Shown: positions 30,201 through 39,184 of the stretch, piece after piece
Numbering within the stretch: position 1 is the stretch's first letter
Layout: each line of letters opens with the position of its first letter
Origin: a virus
Lineage: Duplodnaviria; Caudoviricetes
Virus record (IMG/VR): IMGVR_UViG_3300030330_006022
Coordinates: 50,351 to 114,350 of that record
Reading direction: 5' to 3' (one strand)
DNA length: 64,000 bases
Translations under genes and position numbers: made by a program
Notes under the pieces: generated by a model
The model's database searches: none
Told to the model about the DNA's origin: nothing
Seen by the model: only the letters and a program-made list of their open reading frames with translations

Positions 30201-33200
30201 AAATGGTGGCTTAGCTTTTGAATCTGGTGGTGGCAGTGGCGCTGTTGTTCCTGTAGGTTTTCTAGGTGTTGGTGGTGGTATTGCTGGTAAAGTAAAAGCA
30301 GCTAAAGCAATAGAACATGCAATTAACAATACAACAACTACAAACTATACTGCTGTTTCAAATGGTGTAGATACAGTAACAATAACTCAAGGTACAAAAG
30401 GGCCCATAGGAAACAGGACGAATCTAGATTCAATTGGCTTTACAACTGTGTCTAATTTTACTGGTGGTTTTAGTACAGACAAGTATGGGTGGGCATCTAA
30501 AATTTTAGAGAGTCAAAATGAAGGTCGCGCTTTAGGTTTTCCTGCTAATGACACAAATCCAGTAAAAACTGAAATGATATACTCTAGGAAAAAAGAGCTA
30601 CCAGAAATTTCTTTTACCAACGACAGAATTACTATTATGGGTAATGAAGAAGAATATTTCTTAGAGGATGAGGATACAACTGATAACGTATTTGCTTTAG
30701 AAAAAAGCATGTATCAATCGATATCAGAAGAGATGTTAAGAACATTTTCTACTGTTAAAGAATATTCTAATTTATTTACTAAACCTCTAGACTTTTATAA
30801 ATTAGAATATAAGAAGTTAAGATTAGCTAGAGGTTTGTTTTTTGATAGAGTAGAAGAAAACCCTAATTTAGACAAATACACAGACTACTTTAAATGGATA
30901 GACTCTTCCTTATCATTTTTTATAGAACAATTAAAACCAGCATCTGTGACGTTTTTAAATAGTGTTGCCAATGTTGTAGAAAGTCATATATTTGAGAGAC
31001 CAAAATACGACAGAAAGTTTCCGCTTTTGGACACTAAAACAGCAACCCAAGGTGTAGTAAAGTCTGTTGGGGAGTTGACCTACAATTGGAAGTTTGGTCA
31101 CTCACCTGAATACAAAACAGGAGCAACTCCAAACACTCATTGTCTTTGGAAAAGAGAACGGGAAGAAAGAACAGGTGATTTAGCTTCTGTTAGAAATACT
31201 ATTAGAGATGTGTTAACAACTGAAAATAAAACTTATATTGCTTTTCTGGGGGATAATGATAAAAATGCTTATCTAAAACCAAACTATGTAACTAGAAGGT
31301 TTTCAAAACCCTACAAACTAGACGTTGATTTAGGTGTAAACTTACATGGTGGTACAAACTATAACCAACAAAAAAATAGAAATTTCATTTACAATGTTAC
31401 TAGACCACATGGAGCTAAAACAAATTTAGGAATACCAGTTAACGTAGCTGTTGTTGGTGTTGGACCAGGACATGACATAGTTAATTCTAACTTGTGTGAT
31501 GATATTGAAGATCCATCAGAAGTTAAAGATTATAACTTTGTTATAACAGTTGGAAAAGACTCCTCTGGTGACGGACAGGCACCAGCTACTGCATCTTTAG
31601 AATATGCTTATAAAGTTAAAGGACACTATGCAGCTCCGTTCAATTTGATATCAGGATCTGAGACAGCTGGTGCCAATAAATTGGTTAATGACAGCTATTC
31701 AGCTTCAGTTATATTAACAAACCTACATTCTGATACGACATATTTTGAAAACGATATCCCAATGCAAGGTCCTTTTACACAAACTTGGGTTGGAGGACAT
31801 CAGTCTAGACATGTTGACATAAACCAATACGACCCAGCATTAAGAACTTCAGGTGGAGCTGACCCTACATTAAACAATCTAGATGATCAATATTCAAGAC
31901 CAGAAGCATTTAGATTACTATTTGGTGACCACCCTGATGAAGCTGTAAATGATGGAGCTATAGGTATCGTAGGACCAGATTATGGCGGTCCTTACCCAGA
32001 TACAACCAGACAATGGGCAATTTATTATCGCGACTTTAGAGGTAAAAGACCATATAACATTCAAAATGTTAGTGGCTCTAGAACTATGTTGGGTAATTAT
32101 AACAAAAGATATGAATATTTTAACTCTGTTGGAAGATTAGAAAACAATAACAGATTGAAGAAAGCAGCTTCTGACACTGAATATAATTTAAGTGGTACAT
32201 TTTTACCACCAGAAATACAAACAGCTTTGCCTCAGACTACTCATCCATTGACTATGTTTGGTATATCACCTTCATCAAATGGAAATGTTTTTGGTAATGT
32301 GATATCAGAATCTGCTTCTCCAGATGGAGAAAATAATAGAATAAACGCAATCAATCAAATAATAAGACCAATTGTTTTAGCATCTGGTTCAATGCTTGTT
32401 ACCGGTTCTACACTTTACAAAGCACCATATTCTGCTTCACTAAATATACAACCAATACCTTATCAAGGATTACATCAAGCTTATCACTTTCAAGTCTCTG
32501 GAGCAACTGACTATTACGAAATATATTCAGGTTCTTTTGACGTACAAACAGTGCCTCATGCTGGTATCCATCAAACTTACTATTTTAAAGTAACGGGATC
32601 AACCCACAATGAAATAATTGATAACATTTATACAGGTTCTTTTGATATTGATGCGGCCCCAAGAGCCCCAATTCATGATTTTTTGTATTTTAGAATCTCA
32701 GGATCTACTGATGCAACTGATAGTAGTTTATTAAAAATTACAGCAAGTTCAACTCAAAAACATTTTGAAATAGATAATAACGGCTTCACAGGTACCACTG
32801 ATGCCATAAGAGTTCCAACAAAGACAGTTTCTTCAACAAATGTAGCAAGTATTAGAAGCGCTACAGATGCTGACAATAAGCTTTTTGTGGACACTACATA
32901 TAGCGGAATAGGTACTAGTGATGTTTCTGTATCTTTCTGGTTTAATCCTTATGACATTAATGGATCTCTTGGAACTGACGACGATGCACAAGAAACTTAT
33001 ATAAGATTTGCTGATAATTTTCAAGATGCTTTAATTATACACTGGAATAAATACAGGTTTACAGTTGAGGTTGAAAACACATCAGGCACAGATAGATTCA
33101 AAAAATTTACTACGAATTATAACAACAGCACCGGTTGGAAACACGCAACAGTTACAGTAGGTATGAATAATTTAAGTACAGTAAGCCCAAAATTATACAT

Positions 33201-36200
33201 TAACGGAGTAGAACACACAGGCGTGTTTGGTTCATTCAACGCACCAGGAGGAAGTTCAAGAACTATTGACATGTTGATTGTAGGATTTAAAAATGGAAAC
33301 TCTTCTAATGGACCCGCAATGCATGATCTTGTTATTTGGGATAAAGTGCTGAATGCAGACGAAGCTTGGGAAGCATATAAAAATGGTTTAAAAAATCAAG
33401 ATTTCTCAACCCACAGTGCAAATTCTAATATAGTTAATCATTATTTATTTGGTGAAGAAGCAACTCTATCTCATCTTTCTTCTGGTGACACCGTTGATTC
33501 TCCTAGAAATTTGTCTTCAAATTATGGTAGTGAACCTGGGAATGTTCTTATAGACAGCACCAGTAATAGCATGAAAATACTAGATCACTCAATGAATCAA
33601 TATAACGCTAACTTAACAAACACTCAATTTTGGGATAGTTTAAAAACTTCACTAAACACAGAGTTTTCAGGATATACAGCAAATTATATTTCAGGAGGAA
33701 TGGCACAATTCTTTTTAAGAAAAGATGCCCCAGGGCAGAACAGTATAAATGTTGTCACAATCGGTAATGCTTTTTCATCTCCTGCTGGTCGACCTGGAAA
33801 TGCTGCTATAGCTAGTGATTTAGAAGATGGAGATACTATCTCTATTTCTGGTAGTACTTTTACTGTGAGACACACAACATCAGGTTCAGCACCAACAGAC
33901 TTTGTTGTTGGTGAATTGTATAGAAATGCTATACTGTTTCCAGAGTCAACAGAAAATCGCATTCATTTAAAACATGAAGACTACACCAACCCTTCATCAG
34001 ACAATATATCTTTTTCATTTTGGATTAGATCAAATAATGCAACTGGTGGAGGAAACAAATTTATATTTTTGTCAGAAGATGCCTCTTCAGACAATGCTAT
34101 TTGGATATATATTTATGAAGACGAATTACGAGTCTACACTTTAAATGGTAGTGGTACTAAAAACCATAAGTACAATGGAGCTATAGTAGAAGGAATATGG
34201 GATCACTTTACCATTTTTATTAACACAACAGATATGACGGATGTTAATGTATATAAAAATGGAACATTATTGTCTACTACTGGTGAATCAGGATCAGGTA
34301 CAGGAGCAACAAGAGATGTAAGGAAGATCTACATAGGAGATGCTGATGGTAACTCAAGTAATAGTGAACTTCAAGGCTCTCTGCAAGACTTTGTAATCTG
34401 GAACACTGGTTTAAATTTGTATGATGCCAAAACTCTTTACAATTCTGGGTCTTGGTTTGATCCTAGTTCACATATTTCTGCTTCTTATATACATGATTGG
34501 TGGCCTCTTGGTAACGGACCAGGAATGCCTTCATCAGGATCTAACATAAACTCTGTTACTACTTTTGAACCCGAGGTTGGCTCTCACCCACTTGTAAAAG
34601 GAACAGACTGTGACGATGAAGTTTTTATAACAGATGGGATAATTGAAAGAGCAAAAGACGATCCAGTTTTTTATACTCACGTTGCTCACCATATTGATGC
34701 TAACACAAACTATTCTGCTTCAAGTGTTGACAATGGGTCTACTGGTAGAATTAATATGCACCAAACCTCCTCTGTTGTTATTACAGACACACTAGCAAAT
34801 TCAAACGATACATTTTCCAATGAAGCAGCTTTTGGTGTTGATGTTCGTATAAATTATATATCTGGTGCCGTTCATGGACAGCAAGTTCAAATTGAAGATG
34901 AAGTTTTCTTTATCTCAACAGCTAGTTCTCCAACAACTTGGGCATCTAGTTCTGGTGGAATCCAAGTAAACTCCACAGGATCAGAATTTTGGAATCATTT
35001 ATCTGGTGCTATCCAACAATACCTTCCCGAATATACTGCTTCTTATTACATATATGACAATCAAGCACGTTTCTTTGTTAGAAATGGAGAATCTGGATCA
35101 CAAGCAAATGATACTTTATCTATTGGTGGCGGAAGCTGGTCAGACCATGGTACAGTTATTGGTTCTGATATGTCCGCTAGTTCTAATCTCACGGACGGAG
35201 ACACTTTAAGTCTTGATGGAGACACTTTTACTTTACGATATACAAATTCTGGCTCAGCCGCAGGAGACTTTGTCGTTGGATCAAGTTATAGAAAAGCTTT
35301 AAATTGGAAAGCAGCCACAGGCGCTTCAGCAAAAAAGATGAGTCTAAAAAATGTAAGTTTTGATGGAGCTAGTTTAGAAGATGTAATATCATTTTCTTTT
35401 TGGGTTAAGTTTGATCAGGATGACACTCCTGGTGACGTACAATACATACTTAATGGGTATGACTCTGCGGGCAATTTAGCAATTGGTATTTACAGATCTG
35501 GTAAAGATATACTTATAGAACTTTATAATACTAGCAGTGCAGTGCGAAACTATTTTACGACTAGTGATGCCTTACTATCTGGTAAATGGTACTCAGTAAG
35601 CATAAAAGTTGACACCTCTGATATTGACACTACATGTGTTGTTTATATAAATGGCCAATTGCAGTCAATCACTGGGGCAGGTTCAGCACCTGGTGCAGCT
35701 CGAACCTTGGGAAGAATTTATATTGGAGATTCTGCTGGTGATTTTCACTCAAACGAACTACAAGGCTCTTTACAAGACTTTGTAATTTGGAATACAGGAT
35801 TGGGATCACAAGATGCTGAAATTCTTTACAATTCAGGTTCTTGGTTAGACATACACTCTCACCCTTCTGCATCTTATATATGGGATTGGTGGAGACTAGG
35901 AAATGAAGATCCTAGTAAGCCTTCGGGTTCTGCTTGGACTTCGGTGCCTATAGTGCCGACAATTGGAAGACACGATTTGCAGTTTGACGACGATGCTGCT
36001 TCAAAGATTTTTGTAACAGACGGAATCATTGAGAACAAAAAAACCAACTCTGAATTAAAAACTCATATAGCTAGTACAATAGCAGCACAAACAGTGTTCT
36101 CAGCTTCCGTTAGTTCTATACTTTTAGAGGTAACTGCGGCGACAGATATACATTCAACAGGTTCTTTCTCAAAGGATGGAACAACGTTTGGATCATTATC

Positions 36201-39183
36201 AGGAATTGAGTTTGTAAAATACGGAAATTATTACTCTGGTTCGGTTCCTAATAATACACTTGTTTTTGAAGGAAAGACTTTTCACGTATCAGCTTCAACA
36301 ACACCAACAGATCCTTATACAATTGTTGGAAACAATGTTTACGTTTATTCTCATCAAGATCTTGACACAACTTGGTGGGGTAATTTATCAGGGGCAATAG
36401 AAGCCGCTCTTCCTGCTTTTACAGCCTCCTATTTTCAAAGTGGTACTATGGGTCACTTTTTTGTTAGAAACGCCACCACAGGCTCTACAGGCAACACAAC
36501 CATAACAGAATCAGGCGACACCTTTATGAATGAATATGTTGTAGTAGGAACTGATACTTCTGGTAGTTCAACATTAGCAGATCAAGATACTTTAAGAATA
36601 ATGGATAATAACCCTCGGGCAGATTTATCCGTACCACATACCATAACAGTTGGTCACACAACTTCAGGTAGTGTCGGAACAAACACAGGTGCAAATTATA
36701 GAAAATCTTTATGCTGGCCACCAGCAGCGGGATCTAGTAAACAAGTTCATATTAAAAATACGCAATATGAAAATCCAACATCTAATAATATAGCTATATC
36801 TTTTTGGTTAAAAAGAGATCATACCTTTTTCCAACACGCTGATTCTAGAGTAATATTTGAATTTCATAGCGATACAGCAGCAGATTTTGTGCTTAGAGGG
36901 TACACGCTTCCTGAAAGCTTAGTAGTTCTTGCAGCAGGAAAAACCGGAGCTGGAATTGGGGATGCGTACCGATTTACCTTAACGGAAACAGCAGGCATTT
37001 GGAATCATTATGTATTAAATATAGATACAACCGATGTTGAAACAGATTCAGTAACTTTACACATGAACGGGCAAATCCAAAGCCCGGAGTATACAAATTA
37101 TTCAACCTCTGGAGAATTATATGATCTTGATGAGATATATATTGGTGATGCTAAACAAGATAATGACTCAAGTGAGTTGCAAGGAACATTACAAGATTTT
37201 GTCGTTTGGAATACACCTCTAACAGCTCAAGATGCAATAACGCTTTATAACTCGGGATCGTGGTTAGATATTCACTCTCATGTCTCAGCTTCTCACATAT
37301 GGGATTGGTGGATGCTTGGAGAAGAAACATCAAAAAACCCTGATGATGCTTTAGCAGGCTCTGATTTTCCAATATTGCCAACAATTGGAAGACACAGTTT
37401 GTTTGCTGGTGATGATGCTATAGGTATAATAAATGTTTCAGGAGGTATAAAACACAACAGTAAAACAAATTCAGATTTTTGGAACTCTATATCAGCATCA
37501 ATAGAAGCAAACACAGAGTTTAAAACTCATGTAAGTTCTTCAAGTTCTAGTCTCTACACTATGACAGCATCAACTCAAATAACTGGTGCGATGATGAGAT
37601 TGGGAGAAAAGGACAGCTTACCAACCGTTGAAGCTTCTTTTACAAAAACCGGAAATACTTTCTCAATTTCTCAACAAGTTATTAGAGGAGCTGATACACT
37701 AAACCAACAAAGATATGCAAACGCAGGAGCTAATGCTGGAGATAGATTCACAATAAGTCCAAATTATGAAGAATCTGTTACCACTCAATTTATACTAGAC
37801 ATAAGCGGTGGACAAGCTGACACATCTTCTCCATTTTACACCAAAGTTGGAAATGATTATCATATATTCTCCTCAGCTTCAACAAATGATGAATTTTGGT
37901 TAAGAGTTTCTGGAGCAGTTTATGCTGCTTACCCTGCTTATAGTACAATAAGCTCTTCTACTTTGAATGTCACAGAATCACTTACAGGCCCAACAAGATT
38001 TAGTTTTACTGGTTCTCAGCCTCCAGATGTATGTTCTATACTTGATCTAGACCACATTAACAATAGAAATTTATCAACGACTGGTTCATCTTTTAATACC
38101 CCTGGTGGGATTTTAGGGGGTTTTGATCAGGTTGTTGAATGTGCCTTAATTAATGTCATTGAGAAAGAATCTGATTTCCTAACAGGGTCAACAAGAAACA
38201 AAACAGTTATAACATCACGCTTTTCTGCACCTGGTGGAGTTGAAGTACAGACATACGGTTATCTTGACGCTTATGCTAGAGAATATTCAGTTCACAATTC
38301 ATTGAACTATAGAAACTTGTCTGTTAGAGGTTCAGGAAGTGGTGAAAGCGGCTCTGTTGACGGAATGAGTATAAGAATGAACAACCAGATTGGTACTAGA
38401 GATGGACTAAGAACACTCTATCAACGTCCCATGGGACTTGCAGGAACTGATTTAGTTTACGGTTCAGCTAATTCTTCAGATTATGAATACTCTGCTTCTT
38501 TTCATAAAGTTCCTAGAAACACACTAGTAACTATACGCCCTAGTTCTTCTGTCAATGAAATAAGGGCAACCGCTTCAATAACACCTTTAGATGGAGGACA
38601 TACTACTTCCACCAGTGGCTTGACTTTTATTATCGATGATGGTGTTAATTTACCAATCACTTATACCTTTGGCGCATCTACAGCAAGAGTAAGTGAAACA
38701 GAAACATCCATTTTTTACACTATTAATAGTAGTTCTATGACTAGCGTTGCTACAGCAATAGATAAAATTGTACCTGCTATCAATCTAGCATTTAATAATA
38801 AAGATAGTATAATTCAAGCAACAGATGAAACCACAATTGTTGGTTTAACTTCTTCTGTGCCTGGAAGTTTTATTAACGGTAAAACAATCACCGGAACATA
38901 TATTGCTGATGGCATTGGATCTATGGTTGGATTTACTGGTGGAGAAATTTCTGTTGTACCTAATATTGTTGAAAGAAGCAATAATTATAACTTTAACTCT
39001 GTTTTGCCTTCATCTGATTACAATTATAGTTGGGTAACTTCTTCACTTGGAGATAATTATAGTGTAAGAAGTGGAACACAAAAAGTGTTTGGTTATTGGC
39101 CCAAAAATGGTATACATTCTTCGTCTACTGGATTTGATTCGGCAATAACCTTCCCAACAGCCTCAGAAATAAGTGGAGTTTAG
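27286..39183 (+). CDS. Giant baseplate wedge/adhesin protein (gp7/P2 gpI-like core) with multiple LamG domains and nested insertion domains (3965 aa)
   Basis: FVHFGSA and YKTKGTEKSFRNLLRCYGI (KGT wedge motif); LamG signatures such as SFW.., W.H, LY.NG and QGSLQDFVIWN. Confidence 0.8.
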   Translation: MSIKDLFNKKIVTQNTITELTNSVESIELVKEVEKRNRTFFPNLDFADPASFVHFGSAKEYYTSAIKRIYSSFPYDGSETEKLKFKNNSTYLDQWMLENKYPRSTGYALFSANGWGTGTTINDEDGVAQYGLPDSIEYIYSAGGTHSASIEQHTESANVITEGLAKAFEKAVIYDTNKNRTTSFRMKMDDGISIQFWLKKEAFDISKTKKEVILDLWNGNASDSADYGRLTLEISGAAANESSIYLTLYSGSSGITRQAICTTDYDSGSLANGAWTHHSVTARAASQKLFVKYYKDGLINSSSVFATSLTLGEIPGRINGYIGSLQTSAHGDAYRDSGNMVGAGKLSASMDDFRFWKKALTSEYIYNTWYWPIGGGVNTDDYRTDLGIYYKFNEGIMNNPSYDSIVLDYSGRIANGIWYGYDSYSRSTGSAFTETEPGDPIIRSGHPLISSLITEMEASGSLYDETNTSNIYDSIPAWLREEDEENNNIKYLYQILSSYLDTLYTQISEIPKLKDKDYFSGSSEPYFFMERLLKDQGLITPNAFVEGDVLEYFWDRNNTGDRFEKNIENTKRKIYNNIYNNLEYIYKTKGTEKSFRNLLRCYGIDDELVKLNVYTDNGKHYIKDRYKDTSVKTKVLNLNKKSRTAGRIIQTSSSANTLTFISGSGEEIKQEKFSAFSLEGGVIFPQKKDFGETGYYEVTSLSSSLFGFHQANPDDPSDYTWHSNDVANLQVYAVKPSIFSTSAKFVVTNYDASIRFETDFYEDVYDAQRWNFQLSIKPNGYPNAGAYSQDEEPQYTARLYGITHQFGDVKHQFEITSPVNFTIGSAILSNAKRVYLGCHATNFTGSSHIETDVVFDSLRVWMDELNNESIKIHNLDASNYGHDKVYNNTTIFNYGISSSIEIPGYDSLILHWNFDQNSSADSSGEFVVKDFSSGSVDTFATAKIVIQDAGGISHGDTFGLVDSAGTVIEYLVNGGLAFESGGGSGAVVPVGFLGVGGGIAGKVKAAKAIEHAINNTTTTNYTAVSNGVDTVTITQGTKGPIGNRTNLDSIGFTTVSNFTGGFSTDKYGWASKILESQNEGRALGFPANDTNPVKTEMIYSRKKELPEISFTNDRITIMGNEEEYFLEDEDTTDNVFALEKSMYQSISEEMLRTFSTVKEYSNLFTKPLDFYKLEYKKLRLARGLFFDRVEENPNLDKYTDYFKWIDSSLSFFIEQLKPASVTFLNSVANVVESHIFERPKYDRKFPLLDTKTATQGVVKSVGELTYNWKFGHSPEYKTGATPNTHCLWKREREERTGDLASVRNTIRDVLTTENKTYIAFLGDNDKNAYLKPNYVTRRFSKPYKLDVDLGVNLHGGTNYNQQKNRNFIYNVTRPHGAKTNLGIPVNVAVVGVGPGHDIVNSNLCDDIEDPSEVKDYNFVITVGKDSSGDGQAPATASLEYAYKVKGHYAAPFNLISGSETAGANKLVNDSYSASVILTNLHSDTTYFENDIPMQGPFTQTWVGGHQSRHVDINQYDPALRTSGGADPTLNNLDDQYSRPEAFRLLFGDHPDEAVNDGAIGIVGPDYGGPYPDTTRQWAIYYRDFRGKRPYNIQNVSGSRTMLGNYNKRYEYFNSVGRLENNNRLKKAASDTEYNLSGTFLPPEIQTALPQTTHPLTMFGISPSSNGNVFGNVISESASPDGENNRINAINQIIRPIVLASGSMLVTGSTLYKAPYSASLNIQPIPYQGLHQAYHFQVSGATDYYEIYSGSFDVQTVPHAGIHQTYYFKVTGSTHNEIIDNIYTGSFDIDAAPRAPIHDFLYFRISGSTDATDSSLLKITASSTQKHFEIDNNGFTGTTDAIRVPTKTVSSTNVASIRSATDADNKLFVDTTYSGIGTSDVSVSFWFNPYDINGSLGTDDDAQETYIRFADNFQDALIIHWNKYRFTVEVENTSGTDRFKKFTTNYNNSTGWKHATVTVGMNNLSTVSPKLYINGVEHTGVFGSFNAPGGSSRTIDMLIVGFKNGNSSNGPAMHDLVIWDKVLNADEAWEAYKNGLKNQDFSTHSANSNIVNHYLFGEEATLSHLSSGDTVDSPRNLSSNYGSEPGNVLIDSTSNSMKILDHSMNQYNANLTNTQFWDSLKTSLNTEFSGYTANYISGGMAQFFLRKDAPGQNSINVVTIGNAFSSPAGRPGNAAIASDLEDGDTISISGSTFTVRHTTSGSAPTDFVVGELYRNAILFPESTENRIHLKHEDYTNPSSDNISFSFWIRSNNATGGGNKFIFLSEDASSDNAIWIYIYEDELRVYTLNGSGTKNHKYNGAIVEGIWDHFTIFINTTDMTDVNVYKNGTLLSTTGESGSGTGATRDVRKIYIGDADGNSSNSELQGSLQDFVIWNTGLNLYDAKTLYNSGSWFDPSSHISASYIHDWWPLGNGPGMPSSGSNINSVTTFEPEVGSHPLVKGTDCDDEVFITDGIIERAKDDPVFYTHVAHHIDANTNYSASSVDNGSTGRINMHQTSSVVITDTLANSNDTFSNEAAFGVDVRINYISGAVHGQQVQIEDEVFFISTASSPTTWASSSGGIQVNSTGSEFWNHLSGAIQQYLPEYTASYYIYDNQARFFVRNGESGSQANDTLSIGGGSWSDHGTVIGSDMSASSNLTDGDTLSLDGDTFTLRYTNSGSAAGDFVVGSSYRKALNWKAATGASAKKMSLKNVSFDGASLEDVISFSFWVKFDQDDTPGDVQYILNGYDSAGNLAIGIYRSGKDILIELYNTSSAVRNYFTTSDALLSGKWYSVSIKVDTSDIDTTCVVYINGQLQSITGAGSAPGAARTLGRIYIGDSAGDFHSNELQGSLQDFVIWNTGLGSQDAEILYNSGSWLDIHSHPSASYIWDWWRLGNEDPSKPSGSAWTSVPIVPTIGRHDLQFDDDAASKIFVTDGIIENKKTNSELKTHIASTIAAQTVFSASVSSILLEVTAATDIHSTGSFSKDGTTFGSLSGIEFVKYGNYYSGSVPNNTLVFEGKTFHVSASTTPTDPYTIVGNNVYVYSHQDLDTTWWGNLSGAIEAALPAFTASYFQSGTMGHFFVRNATTGSTGNTTITESGDTFMNEYVVVGTDTSGSSTLADQDTLRIMDNNPRADLSVPHTITVGHTTSGSVGTNTGANYRKSLCWPPAAGSSKQVHIKNTQYENPTSNNIAISFWLKRDHTFFQHADSRVIFEFHSDTAADFVLRGYTLPESLVVLAAGKTGAGIGDAYRFTLTETAGIWNHYVLNIDTTDVETDSVTLHMNGQIQSPEYTNYSTSGELYDLDEIYIGDAKQDNDSSELQGTLQDFVVWNTPLTAQDAITLYNSGSWLDIHSHVSASHIWDWWMLGEETSKNPDDALAGSDFPILPTIGRHSLFAGDDAIGIINVSGGIKHNSKTNSDFWNSISASIEANTEFKTHVSSSSSSLYTMTASTQITGAMMRLGEKDSLPTVEASFTKTGNTFSISQQVIRGADTLNQQRYANAGANAGDRFTISPNYEESVTTQFILDISGGQADTSSPFYTKVGNDYHIFSSASTNDEFWLRVSGAVYAAYPAYSTISSSTLNVTESLTGPTRFSFTGSQPPDVCSILDLDHINNRNLSTTGSSFNTPGGILGGFDQVVECALINVIEKESDFLTGSTRNKTVITSRFSAPGGVEVQTYGYLDAYAREYSVHNSLNYRNLSVRGSGSGESGSVDGMSIRMNNQIGTRDGLRTLYQRPMGLAGTDLVYGSANSSDYEYSASFHKVPRNTLVTIRPSSSVNEIRATASITPLDGGHTTSTSGLTFIIDDGVNLPITYTFGASTARVSETETSIFYTINSSSMTSVATAIDKIVPAINLAFNNKDSIIQATDETTIVGLTSSVPGSFINGKTITGTYIADGIGSMVGFTGGEISVVPNIVERSNNYNFNSVLPSSDYNYSWVTSSLGDNYSVRSGTQKVFGYWPKNGIHSSSTGFDSAITFPTASEISGV
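32830..37455 (+). repeat. Four LamG/concanavalin A-like domain repeats; the last three are spaced about 1.4 kb apart
   Basis: ELQG(S/T)LQDFV(I/V)WNT.L...DA..LYNSGSW.D...H.SAS.I.DWW at about 34363-34503, 35755-35892 and 37174-37311 with visible DNA similarity; a more divergent copy lies near 33320. Confidence 0.85.
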
Positions 39184-39184
39184 A

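Noticed and set aside
34363-37311. Diverged repeats as a possible DGR template/variable repeat pair
   Set aside because: Differences are largely synonymous and not confined to adenines, all copies are in-frame LamG domains, and there is no reverse transcriptase in the window
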